Of a stretch of DNA of 64,000 bases, positions 12,435-24,709 are shown piece after piece. The DNA is taken from assembly GCA_964016885.1 (NCBI GenBank), contig OZ024742.1, positions 52,514,001 through 52,578,000 of the forward strand, read 5' to 3'. Position numbers and translations under genes: made by a program. Position 1 is the first letter of the stretch. Each line of letters begins with the position of its first letter. The notes under the pieces are model-generated. The model saw nothing but the letters and a program-made list of their open reading frames with translations. It was not told the DNA's origin and searched no databases. Source of the stretch: Eledone cirrhosa. Taxonomy: Eukaryota.

Positions 12435-15400
12435 GATTTCTTTATTGGCCACAAGGGCTGACATCAAGAAAAACATCACAGACGGAACAGGATGGTACGG
12501 TGTGGGTTTTGTGCGTGTTAATATTTTTATTATTTATATAAGAAAAGAAAAAAGACATAAAACATATATATATATATAAACAATAAAATGAAAACTGAAA
12601 GAATGAAAAATTCCCCAATAGGGGGGAAACCTCCGAGGGTTACACGTGGCGAAAACCACACAAAAGACCACGGCCTCCCTGACTACCAGGGCAAGCGCCC
12701 TTTCTCAATTTTTCCATCTCTCAAACTACAGACGTATATTCACTCGGACCATTCTCGCTACATTCACCCACCTTTCAACAAACTTGCTAGAAAGCAGCAC
12801 TTGCCTCTCCACCCTGATTTTCCTCTTCAAGTGAAACTTGAAAAAGTTAATCAGGGATTCGCCGAAGAGGAAAGTGTTTGTCTTTAATCCTTTTAACCTT
12901 GTCCACCACACAATCTCTTTCGCCATGGCCACCAGGCAGATGAAAACCGCCTGCCCTTCCTCCTCAAAGGAAGACGGCGAGACCATCTGCACAATGGACT
13001 CAGTCGACAACCTTATCAGTCCCACACGTGACAGCAACTGTTCGACATAGCTCCACAAGTCAGCAATGCTCGGGCACTGAACGAGTGCGTGCACAACGGT
13101 TTCGTCGCTATGCGCGCATCTCGGACAGGCTCGGCTGACGGCACTTCCGTGCCTATAGAGCTTATCTCGAACCGGCAATGCTCCCCGGTAGCACTGCCAG
13201 GCCAGGGATTTTTGGAAATTATCCATAGGCCCCGGGCTGAAAGTTCTCCGGAAGAGAGCAAGCAGCTGATCTTCTTCGACGCCCAGGATCTCTCCGAGAA
13301 CTTCGTTGCTCTTCCCCTCCACTAGTCCTCTATAGAACGCCGAGGTGGATGTTCCACCGATACTGGTGCCAAACTGGGAGAGGGCAGTGAGCGCCTGGAG
13401 ACATTCCAGTTTCCAAGCGCTATCCCTCGGTCTTTTTCTGACCCAGGACTGCAGCTCCATCAAGGAGACGAGCTGTGGGAAAACGTGCCTGGCGAACGGC
13501 GACCACACCCGTTCACCATCAAGGAAGCACCAGAGATGTCGCAGCCTCAGCGCTTGTTTGCGCATCACCAGTCATGGCATGCCCAGTCCTCCACGCAACG
13601 GGTGTTGACAGCAGATGGATCGTCTGACCATGGGAGCGAGTCCCTTCCACAAAAAGCGGAAGAGGAGGCACTCCATTTTGGTGAGAGTTGGGCTGGAGCA
13701 AGGGACGACGGTAGCAGATGACGGATGCGATGTACGCATTCGCCACTTCCGCCCTGCCTTTCAGGGATAGCTTCCTCTCAGCCCATTTCTGGGTGAGGGA
13801 GGCCACCTTGCTCGTCACCTAGTTCCAGTTTTTCTCCATCTGGGGGTCCGGTCCGTCCGTCCAACGCCCGACGACGCTGTCGGACGGCATGGACTTGCCT
13901 CTCCAGGTGCCTAGCTGCAAGCCCACCGACTTTTCCTGGTTTAACTTTGCTCCTGTCATCGTTTCGTATTCCTTGAGAGCGGTGCCGAGCATCTGGACGT
14001 GTCCGGGATGGCACATGTCTGCGCCTCTCCCACCAGACGCTTGACGACAAGCACCAACCTCGTTGCTAACACCTTGGCCAAAATCTTGAACTCTGCGTTT
14101 AGCAGAGTTATGGGCCTGAAATTATCAATAACATCCCCCTTGTTCGGGTCTTTTCTCAGCAGCGCCACTGTTCCCCGGCTCACAAAACTGGGAATGCTGC
14201 CATTCTGCTGCCAGTTGCAGTAGACGTCTGCCAAGAGGTCACCGAATAAGTCTGGCATAAATGCATAAAGCTCGTAGGGCAGACCATTTAAACCTGGCGA
14301 TTTACCTCTTGTGCAGTAAGCCATCGCTTCCCGTATTTCACCGGCTGTTATTGGCTTTTCGCAACACTGTGCTGCGGTCGTCGATAGCCGAGGCAGTCCG
14401 TCGAGGTATGAACTGAGGTCCATGTCCCGATCCGGGCCGCTGCCGCTCCCTAACAGTTCAGCAAAGTGCTGCTGAAAAGCTTCACACATCCGCTCGGGTT
14501 CGAGCATCACGCACCCGTTTTGGTCAGACAGAGACCGAATTGTGGCTTTATTGCCACATCGCGCCTCTGCCACCCGGGCCCATTGGACGGCTTTTGTCCC
14601 CTCGTGTTTCAGAGCACGCGCTCTAGCTCTGACAACGCAGCCTTCGTGTTTTGCGTTGAGGAATTGTTCGAGTGCCAATCTCGCCGCAAGCACGTCGGTT
14701 GCGATGCCTGTCCTAAACGCCTCTTCTAGCTTTCTGACTAGCTCTCCCTCTACTCTATTTTCCTCTATCACTACTCCTTTGCTAAACCTAATCGACTCTA
14801 CTTTAATTGCCCTTTTCAGGGCGAACCACCACCTGTTGTTGACGACCGCTCCCGTCAACGCCCGCTTAACTAATACGCTAATCCGGTCTCTGTAGGCCTT
14901 GCGCGCCAGGAAAGACGCGTTCAGCTTCCAGTAACCAGGCCCTTGTCTATGAAATCTGTCTATGTCGATCTCACAGATCACAAATTTGTGGTCTGTGTAG
15001 TCGACTATTTTAAATTGTGGACAACTTATACTAGCCTTATCTAGTTCCCTGCAGAATACCCTATCTAGATACGATCTGGATGACCCGATGAGGTTTGTCC
15101 ATGTCCACATTGGCACATTCGGGTGATCCAGTCGATACCTGTCAGACAGTTCAAAACGTCTGAGCAGGTTGGTGAGGCTCTTGCACCCTCCTCCCCTATC
15201 CACTAGCCCCACACGATCCCAGCGTGCATCCAAGATACCGTTCCAGTCGCCTACTAACACTAAAGAACGGGACATTCCAAGAAAGGTCTCTAGACGTCTG
15301 AAGAAATCTGGCCGTCCTGCCACTGTCGGGGCGTAGACGGCTACTAGCCTGAAAGCATTGCTTTCGCTGCCGGTCACGTCCAGCACCACCGATTTACCTT

Positions 15401-17911
15401 CTGGGTCCAGGAAGATGGCCCGTATCGCGAGATCCAAGCCTCTCCGAAAAAGGACGGCAACCCCCCCCCCCCCAAATCCTGGACGGCTGGGAGATGCGTA
15501 TACATCGTAGCCGCCGAAGATCGGTGCGAAGGCCCGTGCCTCGGAGATTCTGGTTTCACTGATGGCCACCACATCTATGTTTAGTGACCTGAGGTCATTG
15601 AGTAGGTGACCCTGCTTCCAAGATGACCCCAGGCCACGTGCATTTATACTGCCTATTCTGAGTACAGCCATGTTGGATGAGAAACGGGGCAAATGAGAAA
15701 GGGTCACTTACCTTGTTCGTGTGGTGAAGGGACAGTAGAACCGTCCCTTTCGCTGGTGATGGGTGTTTCCAAGAGGATGTCAGTATATATCCTCTTGGTA
15801 ACCGTCCCTCTGAAGTCTCCAACTGCATTGGGGAATTTTTGTTTTAAAGGTTTGTATTGTTCTAATGAGATTTCGATGATGCTTATGTTTGTCGGAAGAG
15901 TTCTTGGTGTTGGTGGGGTGCAGTAATTTTTTTCCGTGATGTCTGTGTGCTGCTTTATATATTTTATGAGTTCTTTTTTTGCTATGTTTATGGCTGTGTA
16001 CTTTTTGGTGGGAGGGGTGATTTTGTTGCCGTTTTATTCTTGTTGCTGTTTGGTGTGTGTGTCTTGTTGTGTTTGCGTTGTTGGTGTTTGTGGTGGTGTT
16101 GCTGCAAGTTTCCTTGCTGCCTTTACCCCTCTTTGTATGCCTTCGCTTTTGGAGGGTGAATCTAAGGGTTTTTTACTTTTTTCTTTTTTGTGGCAGACTG
16201 TTTGCCACGTCACTCCCGCCTCAACTCCATGTCGGATTCTGTGGCGTCTGGGAGGGGTATGTGCTCCACGGCTGTTGGTGGTGGTAGTGGAGCCCTCTTC
16301 GGCAATGCTGTTGCTGGTGTAGCTATTTCAAATGTAGCTATTGGTGTTGCCGCTACTGATGATGCTGCTTTAGTTATCCGTGGCCTTGGTACGGGTGCTA
16401 CGGACGTTGCCCTCCTACTCACCGTGGAAGGGGCTTCTTCGTTTTGTTTCCTGTCCTGCTCTTGGTAGCAGCGGACCAGGTATTGGAAGGAGAGGGGCCC
16501 TATTCGGTGTCTTCTGCGGGCAAAAGGCCCTGAGGTGACCTTTCGACCCACAGAGATAACATTTTGGCCGTCTTCCTTCTACACTTATAGGGATTTGGAG
16601 TCCTTCCTCGATACATTCCTGGTCAGTTTGTATAATCATTTGCATGCCTATACCTGACCAGTTCTCTCTCCCTATTTTTTCTACTTGCAGCATGGTCGCC
16701 CTGTTCTCAATTCCAGCAAGGACAGATGCGGCCAGCCAAGGTATGGGCACGTCGGGTGGGACCTGGGTCACTTTGACACAATTTTCTGCCCGCAGTAGGA
16801 GGGCACCAAAACTAACTCCTCACTCTTTAGGGTTTCCAAAGAACGAGACTTTGCTTCCTGGGGGGTGGCGAAAAGTACGTCTACTGTGGCGTACTTTCTG
16901 CCTCGGGTGATGTGGGTTTTGCGTGCCCAGACGCACCCCAAGGCCTTTTGGATTTGAGTCTCCGTGGCTCTCTGCACTCGATGTGAGATTTTGCTTACGG
17001 TGCGGTAAGTCACCGTTCGTAGCTGCTGGTCCTTGAAAAAATCGGGTGGAGGTTTCAGGGAAACTCTATTTGCGCTTCTTGTCACCATGGCCCTTGCGAC
17101 TGCCATCTCCTCATCTGTGACTAACACTGTCTCGAAATTTCGGGCGAGACCTGCAAAAGAAGTGGTCCCTTTTTCAGCAGCACCACTATTTCTGCCGCTA
17201 CTGGTCTTACTGGTGGTGCTGAGGTCGCTATTACAGGTATCGGTGTCATTGTTGTTCTTTTCGCTGGTACAGTTGTTGGTGTTGTTTTCGTTGATACTGT
17301 TGCTGCTGTTACTGTTATTGTGGATGTTGTTATTATTGTTGTTTTTGTTGATACTGTTCCTACTATTATTGTTGTTGTGGCTGTTGTTATTGTTATTGTC
17401 ATTGTCGTTCTCGACCTTACCGCTGTTATTTTTGTTATTGTCGTTCTCGACTTTACCGCTGTTATTTTTGTTATTGTCGTTCTCGACTTTACCGCTGTGA
17501 TTTTTGGTGTTGTTGTTGGTGATGTGGTTGGTGTTATTGTTGGTGTTGTTTGTGTTAGAAATATTTGTTAATTTTAAATCTGTAACAATCTTTTTTTTCC
17601 TTTGTAATATTTTCGTTTATATTTACCTCCGCTGGAACGCTGTCTTGTTGACATGCTGATAAAGTCTCCCTCTCTCTGTGTTGTCTGACAGCGCTCTCTC
17701 TCTTTTTTGTGTTATCCATGTTGAAATTTTTCAAAAAATATTTTTACACAAATACGAATACGACACCCCGTAAAGGGGTGCCGTATTATTTACTAGTGAA
17801 CCCCTGTATTAAGTGGGTCACTTCTTCTAAACTTTTATCAAATTTAAAACTTGAATAAAAAGGTTTAGAACGGTTGAAAAAGAGGTAAAACGTTGAAAAA
17901 GTCTGGAGGCG
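12435..17911 (-). mobile_element. Tx1/L1-clade element, full-length ends (family 1), ORF1 and ORF2 disrupted
   Basis: ORF1 pieces (Thr-rich N-terminus, CYLCGSKGHLRAFC knuckle). ORF2 from ATG 15671: APE (SINARGL, ISET, GDWN, YLDRV, TDH), RT N-part, zf-RVT. RT core deleted at ~14000. (TTA)n on both sense flanks. Confidence 0.93.
17401..17507. repeat. 36-bp in-frame tandem repeat (x3) in Tx1 ORF1
   Basis: Unit ATTGTCGTTCTCGACTTTACCGCTGTTATTTTTGTT. Confidence 0.9.
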
Positions 17912-17933
17912 ATAATAATAATAATAATAATAA

Positions 17934-17978
<45 letters not shown>

Positions 17979-18015
17979 GAAGAAGAAGAAGAAGAAGAAG
18001 AAGACGAAGAAGAAG

Positions 18016-18077
<62 letters not shown>

Positions 18078-18078
18078 A

Positions 18079-18107
<29 letters not shown>
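17912..18107 (+). repeat. Compound microsatellite (TAA)n-(GAA)n-(GTA)n-(GCA)n
   Basis: Direct read. Confidence 0.97.
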
Positions 18108-18109
<2 letters not shown>

Positions 18110-18905
18110 GATACTACCGGAGCTGGTATGGTCATCATGAAAGATGGTGAGGTCGTCCACGAGTGGCGTACAGCAACAGGCGCTAGAAGTAGCTCCTTTC
18201 ACTCAGAAAAAGCTGCACTTAGAGAAGCGATCTACTGGTTACAAACCAATAACGCAAAATGGACTTCGGTGACCATCATATACGACTATAAATCTCTAGT
18301 TCAGGCAATCGACAACTCTGCTCCCAAATATATAACAGATATCCAGGCAGCAGTTAATAACCTTGGAGAAGACTAAAACTTAACTGTTGTATGGGTCCCT
18401 GGTCACTGTAATCTACAAGGGAATGAACTAGCAGACAAACTCGCAAAGCAGGGCTCCTCACTTCCACAACCTAACACCCCTGCTGACTATGCCACGATAC
18501 AAGCTCTCATCAAAAGGCAGTGTAGACCAGCACACTTCACCTACGAGAGAACTATCCAAACCTTCAGCAAACCGCCGGACGAGAGAGTCGAAAACGCTAT
18601 CAACACGGCTGATCTCACCCACCTTATCCGCTGCAGAAGTGGGCACCATCCAGCACTTCGCAGGTGGCAGATACTGACTGACAAATGTGAAGACAGCACT
18701 TGCAGACTCTGCGGTGAAGAGGAGGGGGACTCTGAACACCTCTGGCTACGAGAGATACCATCGAGAGATACCATCACCAACTCGGCACATCCTTAGAGGA
18801 ATTAGTCCGTCTCCCAGTCGCATCTCTAGCGCTTCTGAGGAGGATCCTCAGGTGCCTGAGGTGAATCAACAACAACAACACCAGCAGCAGCAGCAGCAAC
18901 AACAA
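18108..18905 (+). mobile_element. 3' fragment of an RNase H-bearing I/Ingi-group non-LTR element
   Basis: Translation gives GAG..SSFHSEKAAL..DYKSLVQ..WVPGHCNLQGNELADKLAK (RNase H), then RLRSGH..CRLCGEE..EHL zinc finger. (CAA)n/(CAG)n tail. Confidence 0.85.
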
Positions 18906-18996
18906 TTGAAATAGACAGCATCTAATGCAACCTAACTTTAAAATCCAAACATGCTTGTGGTAATAGCTTCCTTATCAAGGAGAAAGAAATATTCAA

Positions 18997-19186
18997 AATA
19001 ATTGTTTCTACTTTTGGCAGAAGGCCAGCAATTATCACAGTGTATTACTGGTACTTTATTTATCGACCCCGTAAGGATGAAAGGCAAAGTTAACCTCGGC
19101 GGTATTTGAACTCAGACCATAAAGGGCCGTATCTCTATGCTGCAAAGCATGGCGTCCGACCCTCTACCAATATGGCCAATCCACCG
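18997..19186 (-). mobile_element. tRNA-derived SINE copy
   Basis: A-box-like head, B box GAGTTCAAATAC, core GCCTTTCATCCTTACGGGGTCGATAAA. Four copies in window. Confidence 0.85.
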
Positions 19187-19311
19187 AAGAAAATTATGCC
19201 AATATGTTATTTCTCTTTCTTATTCGTTTCCATTTTTAAATCATATTTATTCCTCTATATTGTGTTTTCATATTGTACTTTTTCAGTTATCCAAATTATT
19301 ATTATTATTAT

Positions 19312-19518
19312 TTGGCAGTATCGCTAGAGTGTCAGACACCATGTTTTTCAGTATACAGTTATGGCACTTTACGTTCTGAGTTCAAATCCCAGGGAGGTAA
19401 ACTCTCCCTTTTATCCTTATAAGGTCGATAAAATAAAGTACCAGTAATGCACTAGCGTCAATTTAATCGACTTTCCCCTCCCACAAAATTGCTAGCCTTG
19501 TGCCCATTGTAGAAATCA
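19312..19518 (+). mobile_element. tRNA-derived SINE copy with (TTA)n tail
   Basis: A box TGGCAGTATCGC, B box GAGTTCAAATCC, same core. Ends GCCTTGTGCCCATTGTAGAAATCA(TTA)n. Confidence 0.85.
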
Positions 19519-19532
19519 TTATTATTATTATT

Positions 19533-21348
19533 GTTCTTTGAGTCTCAGTCATTGATGATATTTAACTGGAAAGTTTGTTGAGATGAATATCAAGCCACTA
19601 CCTGCAGCCTCATATATTCAGGACGTATCGGAGGGTTATTGCTGTTCCCAGCAAGCATGCCTTTTGAAGAGTTCCAAAAAGCGGGTCGGGACCAATTTTC
19701 TTTAACCATCCTTGGAAATTCTTTGAGATAGTACCTAGTGCGCCTATGACGATCGGGACCACTTTGACCTCTTGGCAGTTGCAAATCCTTTTTACCTCCC
19801 ACTTTAAGTCCTGGTATCGATTAATTTTCTCCCTCTCCTTCTCTTGCACTCTCGTGTCGAATAGGCAGGCTACATCCACAATCAGGTACGATCTTTTTCC
19901 CTTGTCCACAACCACCAGGTCAGCTCTATCGTGTTCCAGTTTCTTGTCCGTCTGTATCCGAAAAATCCCACAGCACCTTCACCTGATCGTTTGCCATCAC
20001 CGACCCTGGCTTATGCTCATACCACTTCTCAGAATGTGGTAAATTGTTTACTTTGCATAGGTGCCAGTGGATCACCCTGCCCATCACATCATGTTTCCAC
20101 CCTTTATAGTGAGACTGGGCTAGGTGTTTACACTCGGATACAATGTGAGCCACAGTCTCCTCTCTCTCTCCACAGATCCTACACAGTGGGCTAGCCTCCT
20201 CCTTGTAAATATGGTGTTTCAGCCATTTTGTTTTGAGGGCCTGCTCTTGCGCAGCCATTAGCATTCTGTCTGTAGCCTTTTTAAGATCTCCTCTTCTCAA
20301 CCAGTTCCATGTCTGTGAATCTATAAATTCAGTTTTCTCAAAGAAGGAACTATGAAGGGATTTTTGATGTACCTAATAATAGACACAGCTCGAGAATGTG
20401 CTGCACGTATGGCATTCCTACTGTTCAGATGTGACTTTAATACGTTCCTTACTTCCGAATGTATTCAGATCTTATCAATTTCTTCATTTTTTTGTTCTTG
20501 ATGTCATCAGCCTCCAGAATACCCAAATACTTGTATCCTTCTTCAGTATCAATTTCTTTTATCATCTCACCTGTTGGTACCTGGATTCCGTTGCTTCTGC
20601 TCAATTTACCCCTCTTCATCACAAGGACTCCACACTTACTAATACCAAATTGCATACATATATCATTGCTGAAAATACGGACAGTGTCAACAAGCACATC
20701 CAACTCCTTCTCACTCTTCCCGAAGAGATTAAGATCGTCCATGAAGAGGAGGTAATTGATGGTAAGCTCTCCCTTTCCCAACTTGTATCCTGCTCTCACT
20801 TTTCGCAGTATAATGGTCAGGGGGATCAGGGCAAGGACAAATAACAGAGGAGACAAACTATCTTCCAGGAAGATACCTTTCTTGATCTTCTCGCCTCCCA
20901 AGGATTATCCGCCCGATGTTAACTCTGTTTTCCAGGACTTCATATTTTGCCACCCTGAAGATCTCTAGCGTATTGGTTATCCAAGAATGAGGTACCATGT
21001 CGAATGCCTTTTTGTAGGTACCATGTCGAATGCCTTTTTATAGGTACCATGTCGAATGCCTTTTTGTAGACCAATGTGTCTCCTCCTCCAATTTCTCATT
21101 ACCATCTTATCAATAAGTAACTGGTCATTTGTACCACGGGACTTCTTTCGGCATCCTTTCTGTTCGTCCGGTAACAAGTTGTCTGTGTGGAGGTGATGGT
21201 AGATTTCCTCAGACACAATGCTCGTCAACAGTTTCCACATTACGGACAGACATGTGGTAGGTCTATAGTTGGTAACATCATTACCCTTGGTTCGGTCTTT
21301 CATTACCAGAACTGTGGTACCTTTTGCCAACCATTCTGGTACCTCACC
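19533..21348 (-). mobile_element. Dong family A, degenerate 5'-truncated copy with internal deletions
   Basis: Fragments homologous to the copy 2 RT and RLE regions. Confidence 0.92.
20991..21068. repeat. 26-bp tandem triplication of the YKKAFDMVP-coding segment
   Basis: Unit GGTACCATGTCGAATGCCTTTTTGTA x3. Confidence 0.9.
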
Positions 21349-21359
21349 ATTATTATTAT

Positions 21360-23821
21360 CATTAGGTTTAGTAAGGCATGAGCACTAGAGAAAAATAGAG
21401 CAGAGGGAGATCTAGTTAGAAAATTAGACGAGGTGCTTAGCAAAGGCATCGCGACCGGCTTACCTGCAGCGAAATTGGCCCTTGACCAATTCTTCAATGC
21501 AAAGCACGAAGGCTGCGTTGTCAGAGCTAGGGTGCGTGCTCTCAGACACGAGGGGACGAAAGCCGTTCAATGGGCTCGAGTGGCGGAGGCGTGTCGTGGC
21601 AACAAAGCCACGATCCGGTCTTTGGTGGACCACGACGGGCGCATGCTACTCGATCCCGGGCAAATGTGTGAAGCTTTCCAGCGACACTTCGCCCAGCTGT
21701 TCGGGGGCAGTGGCGGGCCGGATCGAGGGATGGACTTTAGTGTCTACCTCGACGGACCGCCGCGGCTCTCAGCCACTGAGGCGGAGTGTTGCGAACCGAC
21801 GATAACATGCGCCATTCCCGACAGATCCATCCACGACAACCTCCACCTCATGCGATACTTCGGAGAGAGGGTAGCTAGGGAAGCTGGCACGGGTGGGTCT
21901 TTGATCAATTTAGATCAGTCGAAAGCTTTCGATAGGGTCGACCATCGTTACCTAGTGGCAGTCCTGAAGGCGGCTGGCTTTGGGCCCGTCTTCAGAGGCT
22001 GGATCGCTGCCATGTACAGCGACATCTGCTCTGTGGTGAGAGTGAACGGTCACCTTTCGCAACCGTTCAACATCATGCGCTCGGTCCGCCAAAGATGTCC
22101 CCTCTCGTCCCTCTTGTACGTATTGACTCTCGAGCCATTATTGCACAAACTGGAGGCGTTGAGGGGCGTCCCGCGCGAACTAGGATGCGGAATATCCGTG
22201 TCAGCATATGCGGACAATGTCACCGTAGTGGTGTCGAACGCCAAACACATCGAGGCGATCGGCACTACACTAAGAGAATACGAAGCGGTAACAGGATCAA
22301 TGATCAACCAGGAAAAGTCAGTGGGCCTGCAGCTCGGCACCTGGAGAGGCAGGTCCATGCCGTTCAACAGCGTAGTTGGGGGCGGGACGGACGGACCGGT
22401 TAAATTGCTAGAGGTCTGGTTCGGTCCGGACCTCCAGCCGGACAAAAACTGGGACGAGGTGACGAGCAGGGTGGCTTCTCTCACCCAGAAATGGGCTGCG
22501 AGGAAGCTATCCCTGAAAGGTCGAGCAGCGGTGGCTAACGCGTACATCGCGTCCGTCATCTGCTACCGCCTGACCGTCGCACCTTGTCCTAAACCCCGCC
22601 TGACTGCGCTGGAGCGTTTGCTCATTCGCTTTTTGTGGAAGGGACGCGCTCCGATGGTCAGGCGGTTCATCTGTTGTCAACACCCGCTACGTGGAGGGCT
22701 GGGCATGCCGTGGCTGATGATGCGCATACATGCGCTCAGGCTGCGTCATCTCCACCTCTTCCTCGACGGTGATCAGGTGTGGTCGCCTTTTGCTAGACGC
22801 GTCTTTCCCCAGCTCGTTTCTTTGACGGAGCTGCAGTCCTGCGTCAAGCGAAGACCGAGAGGGAGCGCTTGGAGACTGGAATGTCTTCAGGCGTTCACAA
22901 CCTCGACAATTCGGGCAATGTGATCGGTGGAAACTCCAACTCGGCGTTCTATAGAGGATTAGTGGAGGGGAAGAGGGACGATGTACTTGGGAAAACTCTA
23001 GGCCTCGACGAAAATCAACTAGCCAATCTCTTCGGAAGAAGTTTTGGGCCGGGGCCTATGGACAATTTCCAGAAATCTCTGGCCTGGCAGTGCTACCGAG
23101 GAGCCTTGCCAGTTCGAGATAAACTCTACAGGCATGGAGGTGCCGTCAGCCGGGCATGTCCGAGATGCGCGCAGGGCGACGAACCGTCCTGCACGCACTC
23201 GTCCAGTGTCCGAAAATTGCTGACTTGTGGGTTTATGTCGAACACCTGCTGTCGTGTGTAGGACGGATCCGGCTATCATCTGAGTCCATCGTGAGGGGTG
23301 CCCCTCCCTCTTCCTTTAGCCGGGAAGGGCAGGCAGCTTTTATCTGTCTGGTGGCCATGGCGAAAGAGATAGTATGGTGGACACGTTTGAAAGGGCTGAA
23401 GACGAGCACTTACCTCTTCGGTGATGCCCTGATTGACTTTTTCAAATTTCATTTGAAAAGGAAAATCAGAGTAGAGGGGGAAGTGCTCTCTTCCCAGCAT
23501 TTTGTTGAAAGATGGCTGAGAGAAGCAAGAATGGCCCGAGTGAATGGGCCTACTCTGAGTATGTATCTGTAAATGAAAGGTGGAAAACTGGGAGAGGGCA
23601 CTTGCCTTGGTGGTCAGGGTCACTGTGGCCTTTTACTGGGCTTTCTCCACAAATGTCCCTCCGAAGTCTCCCCCTTATTGGGGAATTTTTCATTGTTATT
23701 TTTTTGTTACATCCTCTGTTTTTGTTTTTACACGCAGAAATGCCCATTTGTACCGTGCTGTATTGTCCTGCACTGTCCTTAATGTCTACTTTATGTGAAC
23801 CCTTGTGGTTAATAAAGAAAA

Positions 23822-23822
<1 letters not shown>
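21360..23822 (+). mobile_element. Tx1 family 2, 5'-truncated, internally deleted
   Basis: DQSKAFDRV, QRCPLS, AYADN (catalytic D lost), zf-RVT, 3' UTR, AATAAAGAAAACA(TTA)n. Confidence 0.93.
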
Positions 23823-23874
<52 letters not shown>

Positions 23875-23899
23875 TATTATTGCTGTTGTTGTTATCATT

Positions 23900-24670
23900 G
23901 ATGTTTGAAGTGAAAATACGTACTATTGTGAGCCCGTGTAAGCTTGTTCTTCTAACATATTAAATCATTTTCTGTTAGTATATTTTGTTACAAAAGGGCC
24001 ATAAAACTTTAGCCTTTGCCCTCAAGAAGTGACTCCCGTAATATTTAGGCCTTTGGCCCAAATATATGAACTTTAGTTTGTGTTCTTATTTCAAATATGG
24101 AAGGAATACGCCCCCGCGTGTGAAGCCAGCTGTCACTTGAGAGCGGCTCAAACGTATAGCGGAGTAACACCTCCCCTACAACCACTATTATAAAAAATCA
24201 ACACCAATAACAACAACAACAACAACAACACACCAACAACAAAATCAAGACAAATGAGAGGAACATCGGAAATAATGGCAAGAACAGCAACTGTAACATC
24301 GACTACAACATCAACAAAAAGAACAGTGAGAAAACGAGAACAATGACAACACCAAAACAACTGCTATAATGACAACACAAACATTAACAAAAACAAAGAT
24401 AACATCAACAACCTAAACGAAGATAACACCATTAGCAGCAACAATAACGAGAACAACAACTACAACTACAACGAACAACAGCAACACTTTCGCTGCCGTA
24501 GCAGCTAACATAAAGCCATGTTTTCTGATGGACGTAACTCATAAAAGACCAATATTTAGCCCAAGCATGGAGAATCTGGGCCAATTTAACAGTCCTGGGT
24601 GAAGCGATAGAGGCAGGACAGTGAATAAAAATAGTATACAGATACGTTTCAGTGCATTTTGGGCGATGTT
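23900..24670 (+). mobile_element. Probable Tx1 5' UTR/ORF1 relic
   Basis: Follows (TTA)n. CAA-rich tract, then TFAAVAA and LAQAWRIWA, resembling SFAKAA and KALGYVWA in the other ORF1s. Confidence 0.5.
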
Positions 24671-24709
24671 CTCGAAGCCGCAGAATGTGACCCACGAAAT
24701 GGAACCGGT

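Noticed and set aside
20991-21068. 26-, 36- and 38-bp repeats as CRISPR arrays
   Set aside because: No spacers, eukaryotic context, units derive from retroelement coding sequence.
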